Of a stretch of DNA of 40,542 nucleotides, positions 9,024 to 18,680 are shown in pieces. How positions within the stretch are numbered: the first letter of the stretch is position 1; each line of letters begins with the position of its first letter. The position numbers and the translations under genes were made by a program. The notes beneath the pieces were generated by a model, which saw nothing but the letters and a program-made list of their open reading frames with translations, was not told the origin of the DNA and ran no database searches. Location of the stretch: contig JBHIFL010000039.1 in NCBI GenBank assembly GCA_046761065.1, positions 1-40,542 of the forward strand, written 5' to 3'. The DNA comes from Candidatus Heimdallarchaeota archaeon. Its GTDB lineage: Archaea; Asgardarchaeota; Wukongarchaeia; Wukongarchaeales; JBHIFL01.

Positions 9024-10661
9024 TTATGCAGGTGGAATTTCCCGCCACAATGCTGCTACATCAATGCCTTTGCTCTTATTATAAAACCAATAAATTATGT
9101 AAATCGCTGTACCTATGGTAAACCATACGACCTGGAAGATTATCCCTATCCAATCGCCTGCCATCGAAACAATTGTTGCAAAAAGCATGAATGTCATCAT
9201 TGCTGCGCTGATAAGTCCGATGATTGTTGATAGTGGAACTTTTAGGAATTTCCATGTATAACTCCGCTCGAATACCTCAGGACGGTTCAATGGAAGCAGC
9301 ATGGCAGCCCATGACAAAAAGAGGTATCTGAAGATGGCTCCTGGTAGAGTATTTACTAGAGTCTGATACTTTGCATAGACGTGTGAATAGGCAAAGAACA
9401 ATGAAATCGCGCAAACAAAAATCACACCCCAGTGCGGTGTGTGGTATTTATCGTTTACTTCAGCAAAGAATGATGGTGCGAAGCGATCGAAGGCCCATGC
9501 AACTTGTACTCGCGTCAGGATGATGATATAGACTATAGGAACGACATACCATCCAAAACTTGGTCCTATCAGCATAATCAGTGCTAGGAACGAATTAGTG
9601 CTTGCAAAAGGTCCTCCTGTGAAGACTTGCATCGATGGAAGAACCGCGGGTAGTTGTTGCGGAGTAGCCGAGAGTTCAAAACCGTACAATACGTATGAGG
9701 CTTTTGAGATCCAGACGCCGTAAGCTTTGAAACAGGCAAAATTGAAGATAGCCATAAATATTGTCATGAGAACAAAAGAAATAAGTGCTCCGAGTGCAAA
9801 AGTTTTCTTGGGGGTCTTAATTTCACCTGCCGCTACATTCGCAACTTCATAACCCCAGACCGCAAATCCTGCAGGGACTATAGCTAAGGCTGTTTGACTT
9901 CCTACCGTTCCACCTGGCCAGCCCCAGTTATTTGTACTACCTGCTGCATCACTTACATAACTAGCCCAGCCACTATTATCTGCAATGGTTTCAACTTCTT
10001 GCCACGCACCAGCTCCAAATGAACTATTCCACATGCTCATTGCCCGGTCGACTCCACCTGCGGCGATGTAGAGAATCCCTAGAACGGAGAGCACCATTGA
10101 TACTATATATATGCCGAATGCGACTGTGATCACAGGGCCAGTGTATCGAATACCTAAGATGCCAAGAATCGCGTAGATTATTACAAAGATTACTACGATA
10201 GCTAATAATTTAACGGGATCTACACCAACTAGTGTTTCACCGATGCTCATCAAGCGGTCACTGCCTCTCGCCATTCCTAGAACGGAAAAAGCATTTCCTG
10301 TCAAGATACTACCATACATGGCAGCCCCTGAGATCCAAGGAACAATAGCCATCCAAAGACCGACACTTGATAAATAGCCAATATATGGTGAGACAACACG
10401 TGAAATTGCTACATAATCACTTGATGTTCTTGGAAAAGCTGCCACGAGAAACATTGCACAGAACATTGACCACCCCCAAATGAGAGGTGCAATCAAATAT
10501 GTCAATGGGACATTGGCGCCAGGGTACTCAACCAACGCAAAGAATGGTAAGAAGTGCGCTGCAAGATACGTAAATGTGAAACACATAGCAGCCACTGACC
10601 ATGTTCCAATACCTCGAACTAGTCCGGTAGCTTTCCTCACAAATAGAACTTCTTCACTCAT
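9024..10661 (-). CDS. APC-family amino acid permease (paralogue 2)
   Basis: LFVRKATGLVRG, FPRTSSDYVAISR, AGEIKTPKK, RVQVAWAFDRFAP..VNDKYHTPH, C-terminal EIPPA; ~12 TM segments. Confidence 0.9.
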   Translation of the reverse strand: MSEEVLFVRKATGLVRGIGTWSVAAMCFTFTYLAAHFLPFFALVEYPGANVPLTYLIAPLIWGWSMFCAMFLVAAFPRTSSDYVAISRVVSPYIGYLSSVGLWMAIVPWISGAAMYGSILTGNAFSVLGMARGSDRLMSIGETLVGVDPVKLLAIVVIFVIIYAILGILGIRYTGPVITVAFGIYIVSMVLSVLGILYIAAGGVDRAMSMWNSSFGAGAWQEVETIADNSGWASYVSDAAGSTNNWGWPGGTVGSQTALAIVPAGFAVWGYEVANVAAGEIKTPKKTFALGALISFVLMTIFMAIFNFACFKAYGVWISKASYVLYGFELSATPQQLPAVLPSMQVFTGGPFASTNSFLALIMLIGPSFGWYVVPIVYIIILTRVQVAWAFDRFAPSFFAEVNDKYHTPHWGVIFVCAISLFFAYSHVYAKYQTLVNTLPGAIFRYLFLSWAAMLLPLNRPEVFERSYTWKFLKVPLSTIIGLISAAMMTFMLFATIVSMAGDWIGIIFQVVWFTIGTAIYIIYWFYNKSKGIDVAALWREIPPA

Positions 10662-11013
10662 TTGTGTACAATCCTTTAAGTTTCCTAGCCGTTTTCAACT
10701 ATTCCTATAAGAATTTTTTGGGTAGGAAAATATTTTATATTTCATTTAGAATAATTAGAATTACTAAAAATCAATATTAATTCAAAATTAAATTTGAAAA
10801 ATCTAATTAGCTTAAGTTGTTGGTCAAAAACATTTTCATCAGAAAACATCTCAATTTCTAAGCTTGAGATTTTCTTGGTTTAATTCCATGCAGAAACCGC
10901 ATAAATACGAAAACACATCGAATTTTACATTCTGAAACTCTAAGCATGATCGCGGTGAGGGGCGAGCTCGCTCTTCAATCGTCTAAAGATCTAGCCCGAT
11001 TTCGCCAAAGAAG

Positions 11014-11970
11014 CTAGCCCGAAATAAACCACCATTTTTCAAGTTTGTCCTTGCTAATTTCAAAGATAAATCCTTTAAGTATTCCTTCGCCGTATTCTGA
11101 TCCCGGATTCACTGCAAATGTGTCTCCTATTTTTTCATATCCAGAAGACTCATGAATATGGCCATGCAGCCCTAAAAACGGATTATATCTTTTTAAAAAG
11201 TTAAGAACTGCCTTGCTTCCAACATTTTCCATTTCTAATGCCCCCATCTTAATGACAGGCTTCATATCCTTGTCAAGTTTTGGAGCCGCATCTAGTGCTG
11301 TTAAATACGGAGGAGGATGGAAATTGCAGATTAGCTGATTTGGATCAACCGTTGTAAGTTCCAATTGCCTTTCTAGTTTTTCCATAAGTTCTTCCTCAGA
11401 ACACTCACGAGGACTATCCCACGGTGTTGGATTGACATAATCCATGCTTATCATCTCATAATCGAAGCATAAATTGATCGCTTTTCCTAAAGGATAGATA
11501 ACAGTTTCAGATTGCTCTATTAGAGGATCAATTTCGAAAATATCGTCATTACCTGGCATCACAATTGCTTGGACATCCCTTGAGACCTTTTCTGCAAGTA
11601 GTTTGATCCACCTTTTAATCCCCTTTATCATCTCTTGGTTGAACAGTGCATCAACCTTCTTAGGATCTTCCTGTAGCTCTGCAACCTCCTCAGGGGTAGT
11701 GACATAGGGATAGTAGCCGCTAAATCTGATTTTTTCTTTTATTTTAGGTACTTCAGTCTCATTTTTTGCAACCATTTTCTGACCGAATACAGAGCATGTA
11801 TATCTTCCATTAGGTTGTCTTATAATTGGTACGATCATTTTACCCGTAAGATCTCCGCTAAGGATTATAATATTGGCTTTGTATACATCAGGGATGGCAA
11901 GCCATTTTCTCCAAACTTGATCACTACCATGAACATCGCATGAAAACAAAATTCTTTTAATCGTTGCCAT
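11014..11970 (-). CDS. Calcineurin-like metallophosphoesterase (Icc-related)
   Basis: All five metal-binding motifs: DVHG, GDLTG, PGNDD, FHPPP, HGHIHES, plus NPGSEY. Confidence 0.9.
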   Translation of the reverse strand: MATIKRILFSCDVHGSDQVWRKWLAIPDVYKANIIILSGDLTGKMIVPIIRQPNGRYTCSVFGQKMVAKNETEVPKIKEKIRFSGYYPYVTTPEEVAELQEDPKKVDALFNQEMIKGIKRWIKLLAEKVSRDVQAIVMPGNDDIFEIDPLIEQSETVIYPLGKAINLCFDYEMISMDYVNPTPWDSPRECSEEELMEKLERQLELTTVDPNQLICNFHPPPYLTALDAAPKLDKDMKPVIKMGALEMENVGSKAVLNFLKRYNPFLGLHGHIHESSGYEKIGDTFAVNPGSEYGEGILKGFIFEISKDKLEKWWFISG

Positions 11971-11987
11971 TTCGAATCAGATGCAAG

Positions 11988-12013
11988 CAAGAGGAATTAA
12001 TTTAAATCTCTTG
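11988..12013. promoter_or_regulatory. Inverted repeat enclosing a TATA-like box in the 90-bp divergent promoter
   Basis: CAAGAG-gaattaatttaaat-CTCTTG, ~20-40 bp upstream of the phosphoesterase ATG. Confidence 0.4.
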
Positions 12014-12060
12014 TGTTTGATTTCTCTATTTAACTATCTGTAACCCAATTTAGGGTAAGG

Positions 12061-12843
12061 TTGATTAAAGTGTCGGATGAATCTATTATAAATGAAGCCA
12101 TGATCATAAGCGACAAAACACAAAAGGCAGGGTTGACCCTGAAAATTCTAGGAGCGGGTGCTATCCGGATTCACTGCTCCAATTTTGCATCACTCCATAA
12201 GGCAATGAAACGAACACTAACTGACATCGATTTTGTAGCACCTAAAAAGCAAAAGAAAGATGTATTAAAATTTATGGAGACCCTCGGCTATGGAATGGAT
12301 CGGCATATGCGTTATGTTATGACGATTTCAGAACGATATATTCTAACAAAACCTGGGTGGGGTGTTCATGTTGATATTTTCTTAGATAAATTAGATATGT
12401 GTCATCTCATTGATTTACGTTCCCGAATGCACTTGGATCACCCTACTATTCCTTTAGCGGATTTATTGTTGGAAAAAACTCAGATTGTCCAAATAAATGA
12501 AAAAGATATAAAAGATGTAATAGTGCTTCTAAGGGAGCACAATATAGGGGCTGGAGAAGTGGAAACAATCAATGCTCAATATATCGCTGACCTATTGAGC
12601 AAAGATTGGGGGTTTTACTACACAGTAACTACTAATCTGAAAAAGATAGAAGAATTTCTTATAAAGTACGACGTACTGACCGAAGATGATGTCTTGGATG
12701 TGAAAACAAAAATCCAAACCTTGCAGGACAAGATTGAACAGAAACCGAAGAGCCGCCGCTGGAAAATGCGTGCAAAGGTAGGATCTAAAAAGAAATGGTA
12801 TAAAGATGTGGAGGAAGTCTACGAACGCGAAGAACTCCACTAA
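12061..12843 (+). CDS. Uncharacterised Pol-beta-superfamily nucleotidyltransferase-like protein
   Basis: hhGAGAh..H...TDIDF motif plus a third acidic residue in VHVDIF; LLLEKTQIVQINEKDIKD helical C-domain; start TTG 12061 or GTG 12070. Confidence 0.75.
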   Translation: MIKVSDESIINEAMIISDKTQKAGLTLKILGAGAIRIHCSNFASLHKAMKRTLTDIDFVAPKKQKKDVLKFMETLGYGMDRHMRYVMTISERYILTKPGWGVHVDIFLDKLDMCHLIDLRSRMHLDHPTIPLADLLLEKTQIVQINEKDIKDVIVLLREHNIGAGEVETINAQYIADLLSKDWGFYYTVTTNLKKIEEFLIKYDVLTEDDVLDVKTKIQTLQDKIEQKPKSRRWKMRAKVGSKKKWYKDVEEVYEREELH

Positions 12844-13032
12844 AGATAGAAAGGAAGGGGATACTATTTAAATATAATTAGTTATATTACAGGATATAGT
12901 AAAACCCGAAACATTTATTGGGAGAGAGATGGGGAGGTTCGAAAAGAGAAAATAGAGTAGAAGTGGCTTAAAAATCGAAAAAGACGGTTAAATGTTATTC
13001 TTTTGCTGGATAATTATTAAAGAGGTTTTGAT

Positions 13033-14352
13033 ATGGTGAGCTCACAAGAACAAGCTATATTGGATGGGATCGATCCGTGGAAGATGTATGAATGGGATCG
13101 TTATCTCTCCCAAGAGATTGGGAGTCGCATGTCGGGTACTGAAGGTGATCGTAAGGCTATAGAGTGGATCTCGAATCACTTTGCTGCTCAAGGGTTGAAA
13201 ATAGAGCTCGATCGATTCAACACACTGTCTTGGGATTACCAAGGCACGACCTTTAAAGTGAGGTCTCCTCTAAACGTTGAATTCTCTTCTCGCGCTGCAT
13301 ACTACTCTTATCCTACGCCAAAAGGTGGAGTGGAGGGGGAATTAGCCTTCGTTGGCAAGGGTACGGAAGAGGAGTTCGCTGCTACCTCAGTAAATGGCAA
13401 AATCGCTCTGGCGCAAGCAAGCTCCGCGGATCCGCTTTTTTGGCTGGGAAGTTTCATCACACGAGCTAAGCAACATGGAGCAGTAGCTTTTGTGGTCGGA
13501 AATGGTAGTCCAGTGGCATTCACCCCGTCAGCCTCTTATGGGAGATGGGATCACAGCCGTGGCTGGGAACATGAATACCCATCAAAAGATCAGAGCGTGC
13601 CATGTGTGACTATTAGTAGCACAGATGCCATGGAATTGCTTCACGCAGTTGGGCGTGGAGGCGTTCGTGCACAAATAGAGGTGGATTGTATAACCGAACC
13701 TCGTGATGGGGTTAATGTTCGGGCGTTTATACCTGGTACAGAAAAACCAAAAGACAAAGTGTTAATCCACGCACATCGCGATGACGGTGCTTGCAGCGGT
13801 GCCAACGACAACGGTACAGGAACTGTAGCTATAATGATGCTCGCAGAAATTATGGCCAAACTCCCTACACCGAAACGTACTATCGAATTTATTTCTACTG
13901 GATCAGAGGAGGGGATCTCCGATGGAATGGTACAGTACATTGCTAATCGAGAAAGAGATGGAACATTACTCGATGCTGTTGCTGGTTTTAATATAGATAT
14001 GGTAGGTGTTGGTGGACCTGCATGTATTGTTGACGGTGGGACGTACCCGGATCAGCCCGATCACAATGTCAAGCATAATAAGGAGTTAAATGACTTCGTT
14101 GAAAACGTGGGTAAGGAAATTGGAGTGTTCTTAGGTCATCTCTGGGGCAGTTGGGGTACGCCTGAACAGGGCCATTTAAATGAGCATGGTGTGCCTGGTA
14201 TGTGCATTTGGAAGGCTGATGACCCCAACTATCATAGCAACAACGAGCACGTCGACTTAATCGATTGGAACGCGGTCAAGGCCGTGGCTCAGGTTATCGG
14301 CGTATCTGCTTGGCGAGTAGCCAACGACACAACGATTGTCTTCCCGCGATGA
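13033..14352 (+). CDS. M28-family zinc peptidase/amidohydrolase with PA domain
   Basis: HAHRD, GANDNGTG, GSEEG, NIDMVG, YHS ligands; PA insert (GELAFVGKG..VNGKIAL). Confidence 0.88.
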   Translation: MVSSQEQAILDGIDPWKMYEWDRYLSQEIGSRMSGTEGDRKAIEWISNHFAAQGLKIELDRFNTLSWDYQGTTFKVRSPLNVEFSSRAAYYSYPTPKGGVEGELAFVGKGTEEEFAATSVNGKIALAQASSADPLFWLGSFITRAKQHGAVAFVVGNGSPVAFTPSASYGRWDHSRGWEHEYPSKDQSVPCVTISSTDAMELLHAVGRGGVRAQIEVDCITEPRDGVNVRAFIPGTEKPKDKVLIHAHRDDGACSGANDNGTGTVAIMMLAEIMAKLPTPKRTIEFISTGSEEGISDGMVQYIANRERDGTLLDAVAGFNIDMVGVGGPACIVDGGTYPDQPDHNVKHNKELNDFVENVGKEIGVFLGHLWGSWGTPEQGHLNEHGVPGMCIWKADDPNYHSNNEHVDLIDWNAVKAVAQVIGVSAWRVANDTTIVFPR

Positions 14353-14444
14353 GCAATAGAAATCTTGGACATCACAGAATATATTCATTAAAGTAAAGAA
14401 TGGAGGGAGTAACCAACCAACTTTCATTTGTATGAGGTGGGAAT

Positions 14445-16358
14445 ATGCGATATACTTCGTATAAAGAAGCATATGATATGTCTCTTAAGAACCCAGAAGA
14501 ATTTTGGCGAAAAGAAGCCGAAAATCTACATTGGTATAAGAAATGGGGTAAGGTTTTAGATGATTCCAACTATCCTTTCTTCCACTGGTTTGTTGGTGGC
14601 AAGACCAACCTCTGTTATAACGCCATTGATCGTCATGCTTTAGGTGAGAAAAGAGGAACAGCCGCAATTATCTGGGAAAGTCCCGAAACAAGACAATCAA
14701 GAATCTATACTTATTATCAACTTTATAAAGAAGTTAACAAGTTTGCTGGGGTGCTAAAGAACCTTGGTGTCAAGAAAGGGGATCGAATCATTATTTACAT
14801 GCCCATGGTCCCTGAATCGGTAATTGCAATGCTTGCATGTGTTCGCATTGGAGCTATTCATTCGGTTGTTTTTGCTGGGTTTAGCCGCGATGCCCTAGCT
14901 GATCGCATTAATGATACCAACCCAAAACTCCTGCTTACTTGCGATGCAGGAAGCCGAGGTGGAAAGGTTGTCAAATTAAAAGGCATTGTTGACGCTGCTC
15001 TAGAAAAAGCCACTGTAAAGGTTGACTATGTAATAGTTAAGAATCGAAACCTTGATCCCGACTTTCCAAGAACCGAGGGTCGCGACCTCGATTGGATGGA
15101 ACTTCTTGAAGCTAAGGGGATGAACTATGTTGTCCCTGAAGTCTTAGATAGTACAGATCCATCATATATTCTTTACACCTCTGGTACAACGGGTAAGCCA
15201 AAGGGGGTCTTACGAGACACTGGGGGTTATATGGTTGCGCTTTCCACCTCCATGTACCAGATTTATGACTGTCAAGCAGACCGAGATGTTTTCTTCTCTA
15301 CTAGCGATATTGGATGGGTTGTTGGGCATTCATACATCGTTTATGCCCCTTTCCTTTTAGGAATTCCTTCTATTCTTTACGAAGGTACTCCAGTCTATCC
15401 TGATCCAGGAATTTGGTGGCGAATAATTGAAAAATATGGCATAACCGTTGTTTTCTCAGCACCCACAGCATTACGTATCCTCAAAAAGTTTCCGGAAAAA
15501 TGGATAAAAGAGCGAGATCTTTCATCGCTGCGTTATTTCTTCCTTGCCGGAGAACCCCTTGATACCCCCACCTATCATTGGGCTACCAAGACTCTTGGAA
15601 CAACGGTCATTGACCATTACTGGCAAACTGAGAGTGGATGGCCTATGTTGTCAAATATGCCTGGAATTGAATTTCTCCCAATAAAGCCTGGGTCACCAAC
15701 TAAGCCCGTTGTTGGATATGACCTCCTGATTGTTGATAATCGGGGTGAAGAACTTCCAAGTAATCAAAAGGGTATTCTTGTTGTTCGACCACCTCTACCT
15801 CCAGGAAATTTAATGACTATTTATGGTGATGATAAGCGTTACAAGCAGGCGTATTGGGAAGTATTTCTGAACAAGAAACTCTATCACACCGGCGACTATG
15901 CGATAAAAGATGAACATGGATATTTTTGGGTTCTGGGTCGATCTGACGAAGTCATAAAGATCGCCGGTCATCGACTGGGCACCCGTGAAATCGAAGAGGC
16001 CGTCTCCTCCCATCCGGCAGTAGCTGAAACATCTTGTATCGGAGTGGAAGATGAGATAAAGGGAACAGTTGTTATTGCTTTTGTTGTCTTAAGAGAGAGA
16101 TATGATCCTTCAGAGGAGCTGAAGAAGGAAATTATCCAAGTTGTGCGTGACACAGTTGGTCCAATCGCTGCTCCAAAAGCCGTTGAAATAGTTAAAATGC
16201 TTCCTAAAACCCGTAGCGGAAAGATCATGCGGCGTATTTTGAAAAGGGTTTACGAGGGCAAACGATTAGGTGACTTAAGCACGATCGAAGATGGAACTAG
16301 CATTGAGGAAGTCTCAACTGCTATCAAACTAATGAAAGACGAACTTGATCGAGATTAA
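14445..16358 (+). CDS. prpE: Propionate/acetate--CoA ligase (PrpE-type)
   Basis: YTSGTTGKPKGVLRDTGGY, DIGWVVGHSYIVYAP, FLAGEPLD, DHYWQTESGWP, GHRLGTREIEE, LPKTRSGK; these variants are PrpE-like rather than AcsA-like. Confidence 0.85.
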   Translation: MRYTSYKEAYDMSLKNPEEFWRKEAENLHWYKKWGKVLDDSNYPFFHWFVGGKTNLCYNAIDRHALGEKRGTAAIIWESPETRQSRIYTYYQLYKEVNKFAGVLKNLGVKKGDRIIIYMPMVPESVIAMLACVRIGAIHSVVFAGFSRDALADRINDTNPKLLLTCDAGSRGGKVVKLKGIVDAALEKATVKVDYVIVKNRNLDPDFPRTEGRDLDWMELLEAKGMNYVVPEVLDSTDPSYILYTSGTTGKPKGVLRDTGGYMVALSTSMYQIYDCQADRDVFFSTSDIGWVVGHSYIVYAPFLLGIPSILYEGTPVYPDPGIWWRIIEKYGITVVFSAPTALRILKKFPEKWIKERDLSSLRYFFLAGEPLDTPTYHWATKTLGTTVIDHYWQTESGWPMLSNMPGIEFLPIKPGSPTKPVVGYDLLIVDNRGEELPSNQKGILVVRPPLPPGNLMTIYGDDKRYKQAYWEVFLNKKLYHTGDYAIKDEHGYFWVLGRSDEVIKIAGHRLGTREIEEAVSSHPAVAETSCIGVEDEIKGTVVIAFVVLRERYDPSEELKKEIIQVVRDTVGPIAAPKAVEIVKMLPKTRSGKIMRRILKRVYEGKRLGDLSTIEDGTSIEEVSTAIKLMKDELDRD

Positions 16359-16506
16359 GAGTTAACTTTGGTCTCATCTGCTTCATCAACTTTTTATTAG
16401 GTTTTTATCGGATCAATAACTGATTACGTTGTGTTGATCTAGAATAAAGCCGAAAATGTTATAATTGCTCTGATTCAAACGATGAAATACCATTGGAGGT
16501 TTCTGA

Positions 16507-16821
16507 ATGAAAGCAAAACGTGGAGATTGGGTCCAAATTCATAAAATTATACTTCAACCAGGTGAACGATCTCCCCGATCCCCCGAGGACACACAGCAAG
16601 TCCCTTATGAGATGCGAGTAAAGGGGTTTCTTTTAGACAATGAAGCTAAAATTGGTCAAGAAGTTTCAATTCGAACTCTTATTGGAAGAACTTTCTCTGG
16701 AAAGCTGATCGCCATCAATCCAACTTACCCTCATAATTTTGGGGAACCCGTTCCAGAGCTTTTGTCAATTGGCATTGAGCTTCGAGAACTCTTAACAAAG
16801 GAAGAAGGTGGAATAAAATGA
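16507..16821 (+). CDS. ortA: 2-amino-4-ketopentanoate thiolase alpha subunit
   Basis: GDWVQIH..IL.PGER.P..PEDT..VPYEM.VKGFL and PTYPHNFGEPVPEL; ATGA overlap with ortB. Confidence 0.9.
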   Translation: MKAKRGDWVQIHKIILQPGERSPRSPEDTQQVPYEMRVKGFLLDNEAKIGQEVSIRTLIGRTFSGKLIAINPTYPHNFGEPVPELLSIGIELRELLTKEEGGIK

Positions 16822-18242
16822 CTATGAAAGGCAGTTTCACAGATATTATGGAGCGACGAGGCGAGATCCTGAAACGTACAACTGGAATTGATTATGAAAA
16901 ACTAACGCAAGGAAAAATCGCATTTGATTATGAGGGATTGTTTGCAAGTACTGGGTATAGTCTAGAAAATGTCCGGGCCATTCAAAGGAACCTGCGTGCG
17001 GGGAATACTCCTCTTCTGGAACTTAAGAATATAACACGGCTCGTGCGAAAAATCACCCAAAAAGGTAAAGGGGCCCGAATATTTGTAAAAGACGAAGCTG
17101 CAAACCCCTCAGGAAGTTTCAAGTATCGCAGAGCTTCGATGCCGGTTTATCATGCGAAAAAGACAGGTTATGAAGGTGTAGCTGTAGCAACTAGTGGAAA
17201 CTATGGCGCGGCAGTAGCTTCTGTAGCCAACGTGGTCGGAGTAAAATGCATTGTCATCCAAGAAGTGTTTGATAGCCGAGGTATTGGCCAGCCAGAAATT
17301 ATTGAAAAGGGCAGAAAATGCGAAGCTTATGGTACAGAAGTGCTGCAAATGACTGTTGGCCCCGAATTACAATATATGCTTCTGCGCGTTCTTGATGAAA
17401 CTGGATTTTTCAGTGCGGGGTTATACACACCCTTTGCGGTGTTGGGAATCGAAACGCTTGGGTATGAGATCGGAACTGCGATACTAGAACTAGAAGGTCG
17501 CCCTCCGGATGCGGTGGTAATTACCCACGCTGGAGGGGGCAATATTACAGGAACTGCCCGGGGTCTTCAAAAGGCTGGCTGCAAGGACACCCAAATAATT
17601 GCTGCCAGTGTGGATCTCTCTGGTTTGCATATGGCGAGTGACAAAGATTTCAACCGCAAGAGCTTCACCACGGGTCACACCGGATTTGGAGTGCCCACGG
17701 TCACATGGCACGATCGGATGGGGGATGTACCTAGGAATGCGTGTAGACCGCTTCGTTACATAGACAGATACGTCACGGTCACCCAAGGTGAAGTGTTTTA
17801 CGTTACAGAGATGTTGGCTCAGCTTGAAGGTCTCGAACGCGGTCCAGCTGGTAACACATCCTTAGCCGCGGCCTTAGCGCTTGCCCGAGAAATGGATGAA
17901 GATCAAATCTTAGTCATCAATGAAACTGAATACACGGGTGCGGGAAAGCATCCATCGTCGCAATTAACTTTCGCAAGACAAAATAATGTTGAAATTCGAA
18001 GAGGTGATCCAGTTGAAAATGTTCCAGGGAAAGTTATCGTCATTCCCAACCATCCAAGTCAAATTAGAGCTAAAGACCTTGATCTTCTACATTTCCAGAA
18101 AGCAAATATACGAAATTCTGTTCAAAATGCAGGAACCAACATTGTTTCTGAGATAGACGTACATTTTATGGCCGAAGACATTCAAGCTGATCGGAGGTTT
18201 GTCCGACAAGTCCTTTCGGATCTTGATGTACAAGTCAATTAA
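16818..18242 (+). CDS. ortB: 2-amino-4-ketopentanoate thiolase beta subunit (PLP fold type II)
   Basis: KDEAANPSGSFKYRRA, ATSGNYGAAVAS, GQPEIIEK, FNRKSFTTGHTGFG, ERGPAGNTSLAAA, ETEYTGAGKH. Confidence 0.92.
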   Translation: MTMKGSFTDIMERRGEILKRTTGIDYEKLTQGKIAFDYEGLFASTGYSLENVRAIQRNLRAGNTPLLELKNITRLVRKITQKGKGARIFVKDEAANPSGSFKYRRASMPVYHAKKTGYEGVAVATSGNYGAAVASVANVVGVKCIVIQEVFDSRGIGQPEIIEKGRKCEAYGTEVLQMTVGPELQYMLLRVLDETGFFSAGLYTPFAVLGIETLGYEIGTAILELEGRPPDAVVITHAGGGNITGTARGLQKAGCKDTQIIAASVDLSGLHMASDKDFNRKSFTTGHTGFGVPTVTWHDRMGDVPRNACRPLRYIDRYVTVTQGEVFYVTEMLAQLEGLERGPAGNTSLAAALALAREMDEDQILVINETEYTGAGKHPSSQLTFARQNNVEIRRGDPVENVPGKVIVIPNHPSQIRAKDLDLLHFQKANIRNSVQNAGTNIVSEIDVHFMAEDIQADRRFVRQVLSDLDVQVN

Positions 18243-18359
18243 ATCCTAGTGGCATTTTGCTAACATGAACAATCATAATCAATTTCAAAAATAGTTTCTC
18301 CTACGCCCATTTTCTCATAAATCTCCATGCATATTTGTTCAAGAAGAGTAAAGTTGGCT

Positions 18360-18680
18360 CTACTCTTCTTGACTACGTTTTTGCATCTCATCGACGAATT
18401 GATCAACTAGCTTATTCACGAAATCTCCAAAGGCTTCTGGCTCATTCATTACCAAAGAGCCAGCGTTCTCAAGTTCTTGTTTTATTTGTTGCAAAAATCG
18501 ATCTTCTTTCAATTCCGTTACGTATAGCGGGAAGTCTGCTAATTTACCGATGGTCCTAAGCATTCTTAAGGGTGCATAATGCTTATTAAATGGATCAAGA
18601 CACTCTTTGGCGCACATAACCAGAAATGTAGCAATCTCGAATAAGAATGCATTCCCTGGATGTTCATCATATGTATTCAT
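18360..18680 (-). CDS. Small helical protein, DUF6092-like
   Basis: LFEIATFLVMCA..C.....HYAPLRML pattern recalls DUF6092 (from memory, needs an HMM check); ATGA overlap with the nitroreductase. Confidence 0.6.
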   Translation of the reverse strand: MNTYDEHPGNAFLFEIATFLVMCAKECLDPFNKHYAPLRMLRTIGKLADFPLYVTELKEDRFLQQIKQELENAGSLVMNEPEAFGDFVNKLVDQFVDEMQKRSQEE

